From: an uncultured Chloroflexia bacterium
GTDB lineage: Bacteria > Chloroflexota > Anaerolineae > Anaerolineales > UBA4823
Reading direction: 5' to 3'
NCBI GenBank assembly: GCA_963827155.1
Contig: CAWGZV010000003.1
Location: 660,984-724,983, forward strand
DNA length: 64,000 nt
Shown: piece after piece, positions 1 to 8,635 of the stretch
Layout of the letters: every line of letters begins with the position of its first letter
Numbering within the stretch: the stretch's first letter is position 1
Made by a program: the position numbers and the translations under genes
Notes under the pieces: model-generated
What the model saw: the letters and a program-made list of their open reading frames with translations, nothing else
Told to the model about the DNA's origin: nothing
Databases searched by the model: none

Positions 1-480
1 ACGCAGTTCTACCCGGCCTCCCGGTGGCAGAATTTGTTGTACACCATCTGTGGAGATATGCACATCGTCCTGTTCGTCAATTTCTTCATTCGGAGTTGAG
101 TTGTAGAGCTCGATGACTAATCTACCCCCGCCGCGATTGATGATATCTTCCATCTTATCCCAATGGAAATGAAGGGGTGTAACCTGTTCCTTTTCAACGA
201 TCATGATTTTCTCAGCATAAAGCTTCCCCTTTTTGGTCTTCCAGGCATCTGGGTGACCATTTCGGATTGTGAATAAAAGAAGCCCGCTGTGGGAAAAATC
301 ACCGCTGCCGAAATCTGTGATATCCCAACCCAGTTTATTGTCGACGATTTCGCGCGCTTCGGGACCTTTCTGACGCCATTCATCTGGGCTCCAATATGCG
401 AATGGGGGAAGGTAAAAATTTTGCTGGCGAATGAATTCATCGGCGCGCTGCATGATGGTGTTGATCTCAGATCGTTTCAT
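1..480 (-). CDS. D-lyxose/D-mannose-family sugar isomerase (cupin); C-terminus lies beyond the window start
   Basis: My own minus-strand translation from the ATG at 480-478 gives MKRSEINTIMQRADEFIRQQNFYLPPFAYWSPDEWRQKGPEA...YAEKIMIVEKEQVTPLHFHWDKMEDIINRGGGRLVIELYN. The AEKIM..VTP.HFHW.K.EDIINRGGG core matches characterised D-lyxose isomerases of the E. coli O157 Z5688 type (from memory). It is absent from the ORF track because it has no stop inside the window. Confidence 0.75.
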   Translation of the reverse strand, partial: MKRSEINTIMQRADEFIRQQNFYLPPFAYWSPDEWRQKGPEAREIVDNKLGWDITDFGSGDFSHSGLLLFTIRNGHPDAWKTKKGKLYAEKIMIVEKEQVTPLHFHWDKMEDIINRGGGRLVIELYNSTPNEEIDEQDDVHISTDGVQQILPPGGRVELR

Positions 481-504
481 CGCGGCTCATCCTATAATTC
501 AGAT

Positions 505-1311
505 TTACTGATCATCGGCAATCGCTTCAGGTAGAATCCCCATCTCGTGGACAGCTTCAGCCCCGACCATCAGGCTGACGACTTCATCCGGGGTGGTCTC
601 CTTTGCCTGTAGCTCCCCAACATTTCTCCCTCGGCGCATCACGACGATGCGGTCGGAAACAGCGAATACATCTTGCATGTTGTGACTGATTATAATGACC
701 GGAACTCCCTGTTCAGCCAGGGTCCGAACCAAACGGAGGACTTTACGCTGTTCAGAAACTCCAAGTGCGGCAGTTGGCTCATCCATGATGACAAGCTTGG
801 CATTCCAGTAGATCGTGCGCGCGATTGCCACAGCCTGACGCTGCCCACCTGAGAGATTGCGGATCTGCTGATTGAGGGAAGGGATTTGGATGTCCAACCG
901 GTCGAGGATCATGACCGACTCATCCGCCATTTTTGGCCGGTTGATCGTATGGATCAGCCCACCTAAATATCTATTTTTCAGCTCGCGGCCGAGAAATATA
1001 TTGGATGAAGCATCCAAATTCTCAGCAAGCGCTAAATCTTGATAGATCGTCTCAATCCCAAGATCGCGTGCTTCACGCGGACCTAAAAATGTTACCCGTT
1101 TGCCTTCAAAAAACACATCTCCATCGTTTGGCTGGTAAACCCCGGAAATCATCTTGATAAACGTAGATTTTCCAGCGCCGTTATCGCCAACCAGACCTAC
1201 GACTTCACCTGGGAAGATATCTACACTGACATTATCCACGGCGGTTAGACCGCCGAAATGCTTGGTGAGGTTGACCGCTTTCAGCAAGGGTTCCATGTCA
1301 TCGCTCCTCAT
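505..1311 (-). CDS. sugar ABC transporter ATP-binding protein (single NBD, CUT2/FrcA-like)
   Basis: It has Walker A GDNGAGKST, ABC signature LSGGQRQ, Walker B LVIMDEPTAALG and H-loop IISHN. It overlaps the upstream permease gene by 4 nt. Confidence 0.9.
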   Translation of the reverse strand: MRSDDMEPLLKAVNLTKHFGGLTAVDNVSVDIFPGEVVGLVGDNGAGKSTFIKMISGVYQPNDGDVFFEGKRVTFLGPREARDLGIETIYQDLALAENLDASSNIFLGRELKNRYLGGLIHTINRPKMADESVMILDRLDIQIPSLNQQIRNLSGGQRQAVAIARTIYWNAKLVIMDEPTAALGVSEQRKVLRLVRTLAEQGVPVIIISHNMQDVFAVSDRIVVMRRGRNVGELQAKETTPDEVVSLMVGAEAVHEMGILPEAIADDQ

Positions 1312-2429
1312 TTGCCCAACTTTCGTCCGAATTGGTCCACAATCACAGCCAGGATGAGGACGATCCCCACCGCGACATATTGCCAGAACGGCACAACCCC
1401 TAGTACAACCAGACCATACTGGATCGTTGCAATGATCAGGGAACCGATCAGGGTTCCGATAATCGTGCCTTCACCGCCGAACAAACTCGCACCTCCAATT
1501 ACGACCGCTGCAATCGCAGTGAAAGTGGTGGTCTCGCCCGCGTTATATGCCCCGCTGGTGAAACGAGTTGTCCAAAGGACTCCAGCAACGCCTGCCAGAA
1601 CAGACGCAAGGATATAGACTTTGATCAAGGTTCGAGATACTGGGATGCCAGCGCGTGTAGAAGCTTCGAAATTGCCGCCGATTGCATACAAATGCTGCCC
1701 AAATTGGGTCTTCGCCAGTATAAACCAGCAGATGATCGTAACGATTATGGCGACTAAGACGATATTCGGGAGAATTGGGATGATTTTTTGCATATCCGCT
1801 AACGTGGCTTCAGGCGGGACATTGAAGAAAAATATTCCATGACCAGGCCAATAGCGGATAACATAGCCATTGCCCAATTGACCAAGAAATGGCGGCTGTT
1901 TTGCCACAGGATAACCACCACTGCGGATCAGCGCGATTCCTTCAATTAAAATGCCCATCCCAAGGGTAGCAATAAAAGAAGGGACTTTTACGCGCGCCAC
2001 TAATAATCCATTCATCCAACCCGGGAAGATCGCAATCAGGATCCCTGCCAGCATGCCAAAGACTACAGTTGTAAAGGGATCTTGCCCGTTCGCATGAAGG
2101 GTCTGCATCACCTGAGCTGCAATGACAGATGAGAAGCCGATTGTCCAGCCAAGTGACAGATCGATACCTGCAGTGATGATAATGAAGGTTTCCGCTAATC
2201 CAATCAGCAGGATTTGAGTCGCATATTCCAGAATCCCTTGCACGCTCCGGTAGCTGAGAAAGTTGACATCGTTCATCTGCTTAGAAGCGACACTGAAAGC
2301 TGCGATCAGGATAACGAAAAACGCCCAGGGCCAGATTTGACGGACCTTTTCAAGATTTTCGCGCTGGTTTCTTGACATTCTTCGGGATTTGATGATTTCG
2401 GGGCTTTGAATTTTTGTCGAATTTGCCAT
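1308..2429 (-). CDS. sugar ABC transporter permease (RbsC/branched-chain-type permease family)
   Basis: The 373-aa protein is multi-pass and hydrophobic. It carries the family-typical ITAGIDLSLG motif and sits between the binding-protein and ATPase genes. Confidence 0.85.
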   Translation of the reverse strand: MANSTKIQSPEIIKSRRMSRNQRENLEKVRQIWPWAFFVILIAAFSVASKQMNDVNFLSYRSVQGILEYATQILLIGLAETFIIITAGIDLSLGWTIGFSSVIAAQVMQTLHANGQDPFTTVVFGMLAGILIAIFPGWMNGLLVARVKVPSFIATLGMGILIEGIALIRSGGYPVAKQPPFLGQLGNGYVIRYWPGHGIFFFNVPPEATLADMQKIIPILPNIVLVAIIVTIICWFILAKTQFGQHLYAIGGNFEASTRAGIPVSRTLIKVYILASVLAGVAGVLWTTRFTSGAYNAGETTTFTAIAAVVIGGASLFGGEGTIIGTLIGSLIIATIQYGLVVLGVVPFWQYVAVGIVLILAVIVDQFGRKLGK

Positions 2430-2572
2430 TTTTTACTCCCGTTCCCACGGTAAAGAATGGAATATGAATTATTGATGTTGTTGAAAGTGCGGATTGTGGG
2501 ACGTTTGAGTAATTATTCTACCATTGAACCAGGAAGGCATTTACCTCCCTGGTTCAATGGTTTGTTAAAAAA

Positions 2573-4636
2573 CTACTTGGTGTAGAAGAAAGCCTGAACA
2601 GCCGGATCATCCATATTGTCGCGGGTGATGATCTGGTAGCCGGTGGGGATGTGCTTCGGGGCGCTTGTCACGCCATTAAGGTAAGCCATGGCCATTTCAA
2701 CAGCCAAATAACCCATATCTCCTGGCTTTTGAGCGATGACCATGTCGACAGTGCCGGCTTTGAGCATTTCGACGGCGGTCTCGGTGGCATCGAAAGCGAC
2801 GACTTTGACTTTGCCGCTCAAGCCCTTATTGGCGACAACCTGTCCAGCGCCCTGGGCTGAGAAGACGTTGGTGCCGAAGATGCCGGCCAGGTCGGGCTCT
2901 TTTTGAAGCATCGCTTCAACCTGAGCCTGAGCTTTGGAGGGATCATCGTCATTGTAGTCAACGCCTACTAGAACAACATCGGGATTGCCAGCAATCGCTT
3001 CTTTGCAGCCTTCTTCACGGGCGTCGGTGGAGCTGATGCCGGGCTTGACATTCTGGATGTAGATCTTGCCCTTACCGCCGATGGCTTCGACGAGGGCTTT
3101 ACAAGCGATCACGCCGCCTTCTTTGTTGTCAGAGGCGATGAAGGAAAGCGGGAAGGTAACAGGACCGTTGGTGTAGTCGCCATCGCCGATGAAGGTATCG
3201 ACGGTGAGCAAAGGCAGACCAGCGTCATTCGCTTTCTGGAGCGGTGCGATCATAGCTTCTTTGTCAACCGGGGCAAGGAAGAGGAAATTGAGATCGCCGC
3301 GGGCAACCATGGCATCGAGCATGGGGGTCTGGACGGTTGCATTCCAGTTATCTGGGATCTGGGCGATTAATTCGCTCCCAAAGCGGTCGATAGCAGCTTG
3401 TGCGCCGCGCTGCATGGTGAAGTAGAAGGGATCCTGAACGCCAGCCAGGAAGCCGATCTTCAAATCCGCAGTCGATTTTTGGATCTCGGGGATATCGGCA
3501 GTGTAGAAGAAAGCTTGAACAGCCGGATCATCCATATTGTCGCGGGTGATGATCTGGTAGCCGGTGGGGATGTGCTTCGGAACACTGGTCACACCATCCA
3601 GGTACGCGACAGCCATTTCTACGGCCAGGTAGCCCATGTCGGAGGGTTTTTGAGCGATGACCATGTCGACAGTGCCGGCTTTGAGCATTTCGACGGCGGT
3701 CTCGGTGGCATCGAAAGCGACGACTTTGACTTTGCCGCTCAAGCCCTTATTGGCGACAACCTGTCCAGCGCCCTGGGCTGAGAAGACGTTGGTGCCGAAG
3801 ATGCCGGCCAGGTCGGGCTCTTTTTGAAGCATCGCTTCAACCTGAGCCTGAGCTTTGGAAGGATCATCGTCATTGTAGTCAACGCCTACTAGAACAACAT
3901 CGGGATTGCCAGCAATCGCTTCTTTGCAGCCTTCTTCACGGGCGTCGGTGGAGCTGATGCCGGGCTTGACATTCTGGATGTAGATCTTGCCCTTACCGCC
4001 GATGGCTTCGACGAGGGCTTTACAAGCGATCACGCCGCCTTCTTTGTTGTCAGAGGCGATGAAGGAAAGCGGGAAGGTAACAGGACCGTTGGTGTAGTCG
4101 CCATCGCCGATGAAGGTATCGACGGTGAGCAAAGGCAGACCAGCGTCATTCGCTTTCTGGAGCGGTGCGATCATAGCTTCTTTGTCAACCGGGGCAAGGA
4201 AGAGGAAATTGAGATCGCCGCGGGCAACCATGGCATCGAGCATGGGGGTCTGGACGGTTGCATTCCAGTTGTCTGGGATTTGAACCACCAGCTCGACGCC
4301 TAAATCAGCTGCCGCCTGCTCCGCGCCGCGCTGCATGGTGAAGTAGAAGGGATCCTGAACGCCAGCCAGGAAGCCGATCTTATAGGGTTTCGCGCCTGCA
4401 GGGGCTTCGGTGGCTGCTGGAGCTTCTGTCAATACAGGGGCTTCGGTGGCTGCTGGGGCCTCTGTCATTACAGGGGCTTCCGTTGAAGCTGGAGCTTCTG
4501 TCATTACAGGGGCTTCGGTGGCTGCTGGGGCCTGAGTTACTTGAGGTGCAGGTGTAGCAGCAGGAGCACATGCACTGAGCAGCATTGTGAGGGCGAGCAC
4601 CAGACCCAAAATGCTGGTGAGTTTCTTAGTAATCAT
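2573..4636 (-). CDS. lipoprotein sugar-binding protein with two tandem PBP type-1 (RbsB-like) domains
   Basis: It starts with a signal peptide and lipobox (MITKKLTSILGLVLALTMLLSAC), followed by a TEAP-repeat linker. Two consecutive ~300-aa domains then each begin KIGFLAGVQDPFYFTMQRGA. It is the first gene of the transporter operon. Confidence 0.85.
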   Translation of the reverse strand: MITKKLTSILGLVLALTMLLSACAPAATPAPQVTQAPAATEAPVMTEAPASTEAPVMTEAPAATEAPVLTEAPAATEAPAGAKPYKIGFLAGVQDPFYFTMQRGAEQAAADLGVELVVQIPDNWNATVQTPMLDAMVARGDLNFLFLAPVDKEAMIAPLQKANDAGLPLLTVDTFIGDGDYTNGPVTFPLSFIASDNKEGGVIACKALVEAIGGKGKIYIQNVKPGISSTDAREEGCKEAIAGNPDVVLVGVDYNDDDPSKAQAQVEAMLQKEPDLAGIFGTNVFSAQGAGQVVANKGLSGKVKVVAFDATETAVEMLKAGTVDMVIAQKPSDMGYLAVEMAVAYLDGVTSVPKHIPTGYQIITRDNMDDPAVQAFFYTADIPEIQKSTADLKIGFLAGVQDPFYFTMQRGAQAAIDRFGSELIAQIPDNWNATVQTPMLDAMVARGDLNFLFLAPVDKEAMIAPLQKANDAGLPLLTVDTFIGDGDYTNGPVTFPLSFIASDNKEGGVIACKALVEAIGGKGKIYIQNVKPGISSTDAREEGCKEAIAGNPDVVLVGVDYNDDDPSKAQAQVEAMLQKEPDLAGIFGTNVFSAQGAGQVVANKGLSGKVKVVAFDATETAVEMLKAGTVDMVIAQKPGDMGYLAVEMAMAYLNGVTSAPKHIPTGYQIITRDNMDDPAVQAFFYTK
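2579..4381. repeat. in-frame tandem duplication, period 921 bp (2 copies), inside the binding-protein gene
   Basis: Copy 1 (2579-3460) aligns to copy 2 (3500-4381) at an offset of exactly 921 nt. By eye, the core 2741-3349 versus 3662-4270 differs at only one position (2938 g versus 3859 a). The flanks (2579-2740, 3350-3396) carry scattered substitutions. Confidence 0.95.
4394..4519 (-). repeat. coding 18-bp tandem repeat (7 units) encoding TEAP(V/A)(M/A/S/L) linker
   Basis: Protein residues 40-81 read TEAPVM TEAPAS TEAPVM TEAPAA TEAPVL TEAPAA TEAPAG. The DNA shows the matching ggggcttcggtggctgctgg / tctgtcattacag periodicity. Confidence 0.8.
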
Positions 4637-4783
4637 CTTTTAGCTTCTCCTTAAGACAGGTACGAATTGGATATATCATTCACATTATCAGAACCGACCA
4701 AGAGATTGTCTCGATTTTCAGCACCTCCTCGAAAAACAGGATATCGCCCCTTGATGCGATGGAATTAAATGTTTGAGCTTTCT

Positions 4784-4818
4784 CATATTAGCATAATATG
4801 AATTCCTTGTCAAGGAAT
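4784..4818. promoter_or_regulatory. two adjacent perfect palindromes (candidate operators) in a divergent promoter region
   Basis: CATATTA-gca-TAATATG lies at 4784-4800 and ATTCCTTG-t-CAAGGAAT at 4802-4818. Both sit between the transporter operon (minus strand) and the regulator gene (plus strand). Confidence 0.35.
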
Positions 4819-4854
4819 ATATGTTAATAGTCGAACGATTAATAGGATATTTTA

Positions 4855-4883
4855 TTGACTTCGCACATTATTGAGGTTATAAT
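4855..4883 (+). promoter_or_regulatory. sigma70-type promoter for the regulator gene
   Basis: TTGACT (4855-4860), a 17-nt spacer and TATAAT (4878-4883) lie ~38 nt upstream of the ATG at 4921. Confidence 0.55.
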
Positions 4884-4920
4884 ATCGGTATTCTGCGGTT
4901 AATCCGAAAATGGGAACATC

Positions 4921-6651
4921 ATGTCCAGACGAGATCGATTAGACCAAATTACCGAGCTTGTAGACGAATCAGGATTCCTTTCAGTTGCGGAACTGAGCAA
5001 GCTCCTGAACGTTTCCGAGATGACGATTCGCCGCGATCTTGAACAGCTTGATATGGAAAACCGTTTGCAGCGAACCTATGGTGGCGCTGTCCCTCACCAA
5101 AAAAAAATCTTCTCAAAGGCAGGATTTGAGGGGGATGGTCTCGATCTTATCGAGCAAAACCATTATGTACCTTTAGGGGAACGTATTGATGTATTAATCA
5201 CCACTGCGTTAAATCCGAAATATGATGGACTGCTGCTCGAAAGCCTGGATGCCAGAGGCACCCTTCCAATAATCGCCGAATCATTGTCCACCCAAAAAGG
5301 CGAACCCGTTGTTGCGGTAGATAATTACCTTGCGGGAAAAGAGTTGGGAAGATGGGCGGCGGGCTACGCCATCGAGCATTGGCAAGGAAGAGCCTTTATT
5401 CTGGACCTGACTTATTATTTAGCGAACACCCAAACTCGAAGCCGAGGCTTCATTGGCGGTGTTAAAGAAATGCTGCCCGAGGCCGAGGTTGTTTTATCCC
5501 TTGATGCCCAATCTCGTTACGAAACAGCCTACCAGCTTACCCGTGATGCTTTGACCGTACACCCGCAGATTAATTTGATTTTCGCGATCAACGATATCAT
5601 TGCATGGGGAGCGATTTAAGCCTGCAAAGATTTACTGATTGACCCAAATAGGCTGATTGTGCTTCCATTCGGGTTAGAAGGCGAGACGCTTAGGAATGAG
5701 CTGCTGACTGGTGATTACTGTAAAGCCGGTCTGGCCATGTTCCCTGAAATTGTTGGGCGGGTGTGCATCGATGCTGCGGTTTCGGCTTTCAATCATCAAC
5801 CTCTACCTCCAGAATTAGTAACCCCTCACGCCGTTTTAACCACAAAGACTTTAATGGATTATTACGGGTGTGAAGAAGGCGAGTGGGCGCTTCGCTGGAA
5901 AAGAGCTCTAGCAGATTTTGAGCTGCCGATTTTAATCAAATCTGATGAAGTATCAATCAATCAAATGCCACATCGGATTGGCTTCATCGTGCCGTTCAGC
6001 GAACACGAATGGTATCAAAGCCTTGAAAAAACGATGAGAGAATATGCCGCAAGCATGCGGATCGAGTTCGAGATCGTAGATGTGCATCAAAGTTTGCGCG
6101 ATGAAGTGGAATTAAGTCGAAGAGAGATTGCCGCGTCGGCGGCAGAATTAGTAATTCCCGGAGAAGTAATCATAATCGACGGCGGACCGAATGCAGTTTT
6201 CCTGGGAGAAGCGCTGCTCGGGAAGAAAGGAATCACCGTCATTACGAATGCGATTCCGGTTTTCGATATACTGCGGGCGAATCCTGATATTACCTTACTT
6301 CTTACTGGAGGGGCTTACCGATTCAGCAGTCAAATGTTGGTTGGACCTACCGCGGAAGGTGCTCTCAGAGAGCTGCGCGCCGATAAACTTTTCCTGAATG
6401 TTTCTGGGATAAGCCTCGACTTCGGATTATCACATACGAATATTTCTGAAGTATCGATTAAACAAGCTATGATCCGATCAGCCCGCGAAGTGATCTTGCT
6501 CGCAGATCACACTTTTTTTGGGCTTAAATCCACAATTCAGATCGCCAGCTTGAATGTCGTCGACAGGCTGATCACCGATGAGGCTTTGCCTGCATCAATC
6601 CGCCTCGAGTTGACCAAGTTGGGGATTCAAATTATCCTTTCGAATGTCTAG
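4921..6651 (+). pseudogene. mosaic transcriptional regulator (DeoR HTH + LacI-type PBP1 domain + DeoR C-terminal sensor domain) interrupted by one in-frame TAA
   Basis: The N-terminus has a DeoR HTH (FLSVAELSKLLNVSEMTIRRDLEQL). The middle is LacI/PBP1-like (INLIFAINDIIAWGAI*ACKDLLI). The C-terminus is a DeoR-C domain (VIIIDGGPNAVFLGEAL..VITNAIPV..LTGG..DKLFLNVSGISLD..LLADHTFFG). Track ORFs 4921-5619 and 5659-6651 are in the same frame, and the only interruption is the TAA at 5617-5619. Confidence 0.7.
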
Positions 6652-6658
6652 ATCCAAT

Positions 6659-7153
6659 TCAGTGCTTGAGGAAAGTGGTCACTATAAAGTCAGTGATCGC
6701 TTGAGAATCGTTTAAATCAAACTGGGGGATATCAATCTCGAGATGGGTATCACTCGCCACTGCAATGAGTTGAGCTTGATCTGCAACCAACTCCTTACCG
6801 CGTTCAGCACGAACGACTTCAATTGCAGGTTTGCCTGCCATTTTATAACCTTCGGAGATGATAATATCCACCTGCGAGATTTCGGCCGCGATTTCATCCA
6901 GGCTTAATTCTCGATCGAGCTTTCTGATCGACGCGATTTGATCTGGAGCGGCAATGATGACATGATCGCTGCCAGCGTGGGCATGCCGCCAGGTATCTTT
7001 TCCTGGGATATCGATCTCAAATCCAGGGTGTGAATGATGCTTAACCGTGGCAATTCGATACCCGCGCCGCTTTAGCTCGGGGATAATTTTCTCCAATAGA
7101 GTCGTTTTTCCACTTTTAGATTTACCGGTTATGGAGATAATCGGGATTAACAT
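6659..7153 (-). CDS. mobB: molybdopterin-guanine dinucleotide biosynthesis adapter protein MobB
   Basis: It shows the P-loop ITGKSKSGKTTLLEKII and VKHHSH..D.PGKDTWRH, as in the MobB family, at the typical ~165 aa size. Confidence 0.85.
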   Translation of the reverse strand: MLIPIISITGKSKSGKTTLLEKIIPELKRRGYRIATVKHHSHPGFEIDIPGKDTWRHAHAGSDHVIIAAPDQIASIRKLDRELSLDEIAAEISQVDIIISEGYKMAGKPAIEVVRAERGKELVADQAQLIAVASDTHLEIDIPQFDLNDSQAITDFIVTTFLKH

Positions 7154-7387
7154 TTGACATTTGTTTTAATTCTATAGATAAATATTTCTACTGATTTATG
7201 ACAAGAGGCCGCTTTGACAAGCGGCCTCTTGCAGCGCTGCGGCACCCTATTTCTCAACAGTGAGGAGGGTTGCCGCAGCGCTACTTAAGGTACTACTACC
7301 ATCTTTCATCTTGGCAACACCTCCTCTCCTGTAGGATAGCGGAGATTCGATGATTGGCTGTTGGCTTTATCGCCAAGAGAAGTATCA

Positions 7388-7416
7388 CATAAAAGGCAGG
7401 GGCTGTCAATCCTGCC
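7388..7416 (-). terminator. intrinsic terminator after the isochorismatase-like gene
   Basis: The minus-strand RNA reads GGCAGG-attgacagcc-CCTGCC followed by UUUUAUG. It lies 32 nt after the stop at 7448. Confidence 0.5.
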
Positions 7417-7447
7417 AGTTAAGAATGAATTTACCAGGTCCACAACC

Positions 7448-8485
7448 TTACTTAAGCCAGCTCTCCATTGGCTCAGTCGATCTTACGACGTGCATACCAG
7501 CGTCAGCGAATTTCTCGAATGCCTTATTGGCGACATCGGTATAATCAATAATCCCAGATACCACCACTGGTGAGGTACAGTCTTCCAAGAGATAGACTTT
7601 TTGGACTAGACGAGGATTGCTTTCTAATATATCCCCTAAAAGATCATCGATTGTCCAGGCAACACAATGACTTTTAGCCTGCCCAGCAATTATGACAGCA
7701 TCATATTCATTCAGGGTTTGCAGAAACTTCTTGCTTTTTAAGCCGATTATTTTGCCGCGCGGACCATCCAATACTTCTGGACCAAGAGCTGAATAATGTT
7801 CGGTCAGGGGATTGCTTCCTTTGATGTCGAAATCTGCCTGGTTCTTCCGCACGATGGTATGAAAAAATACGGCCTCCTCAAAGGCAGATATTAAGGCATG
7901 CCCAATCCCTCCTAACATAGAATGGTAAGGCCACACCGTAAGGTCAAATTTTCCACGCTCGTGCAGCTCCTTCGTGTAATGGAGTAAATGCTGCTGACCG
8001 AACTTGGGGGTTATTCCCAGGCTTGCTGCAATTTCACTATTAAACATCCATTTTCCATCCCGAACTTCAGGATAAGTGATTGAACTGAATGGCTCAGGAT
8101 GGCGTCCATCGACGTTGATAATGAAAATGGGGTGGAAAATCTGCATGGCTGTATGGGTATCAAGCGTTGCCGTAATTTTGGTGATCCGATCTAAATATCG
8201 ATAAATGAATTCACAAAGCCGGCGATTATCAACCACGGCGCCATTTCCACTTCTGCCTGCAACAAACAGTTCATAATCCGGTATGCAAAAAGTGTTTTGA
8301 ATATCGATTCCGATTAAAGCAATTTTGCGCTCATCCAAATTTGAGGGGGCAATCCCAAATTTTTGAGCCCATTCGGCGGCATCCGCTGCCCGTTCTGGAT
8401 ACTTAACCCGCCATACTTCTCCGACCTTTCTGGGATCATAATGAGGTGGAGTGGGCAAGGGGACTCGTGGGTTTCCAAATGACAT
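7448..8485 (-). CDS. isochorismatase-family (cysteine) hydrolase, nicotinamidase-like
   Basis: Family motifs are present: IALIGIDIQNTFC (catalytic Asp region) and IIAGQAKSHCVAWTIDD (nucleophile Cys). Confidence 0.7.
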   Translation of the reverse strand: MSFGNPRVPLPTPPHYDPRKVGEVWRVKYPERAADAAEWAQKFGIAPSNLDERKIALIGIDIQNTFCIPDYELFVAGRSGNGAVVDNRRLCEFIYRYLDRITKITATLDTHTAMQIFHPIFIINVDGRHPEPFSSITYPEVRDGKWMFNSEIAASLGITPKFGQQHLLHYTKELHERGKFDLTVWPYHSMLGGIGHALISAFEEAVFFHTIVRKNQADFDIKGSNPLTEHYSALGPEVLDGPRGKIIGLKSKKFLQTLNEYDAVIIAGQAKSHCVAWTIDDLLGDILESNPRLVQKVYLLEDCTSPVVVSGIIDYTDVANKAFEKFADAGMHVVRSTEPMESWLK

Positions 8486-8635
8486 TAGTGCCTCGAATTT
8501 ATGCTTACCTTTTTAGAAATTACGATTCCTTTCAAGAAACCGTATAAGAAGGTCAAATTATTCTAAGTTTATTGAATCGGTTTGTCAAGAACGCGTGGAG
8601 CTCGAGCACCGGATGGATGTGGGAATTATCTTTGT

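Noticed and set aside
4394-4519. Short direct repeats that might suggest a CRISPR-like or minisatellite array
   Set aside because: The 18-bp units are contiguous with no spacers. They are in frame and encode the TEAPxx linker of the binding lipoprotein.
5617-5619. Possible stop-codon recoding (selenocysteine, pyrrolysine or readthrough) in the mosaic regulator
   Set aside because: The codon is TAA, not TGA or TAG, and no SECIS-like hairpin follows. A nonsense mutation or a base error is the simpler explanation.
7154-7340. Possible Moco riboswitch upstream of mobB
   Set aside because: I could not align the region to what I remember of the Moco motif. The stems present are simple perfect hairpins, so the claim is not supportable without a covariance-model search.
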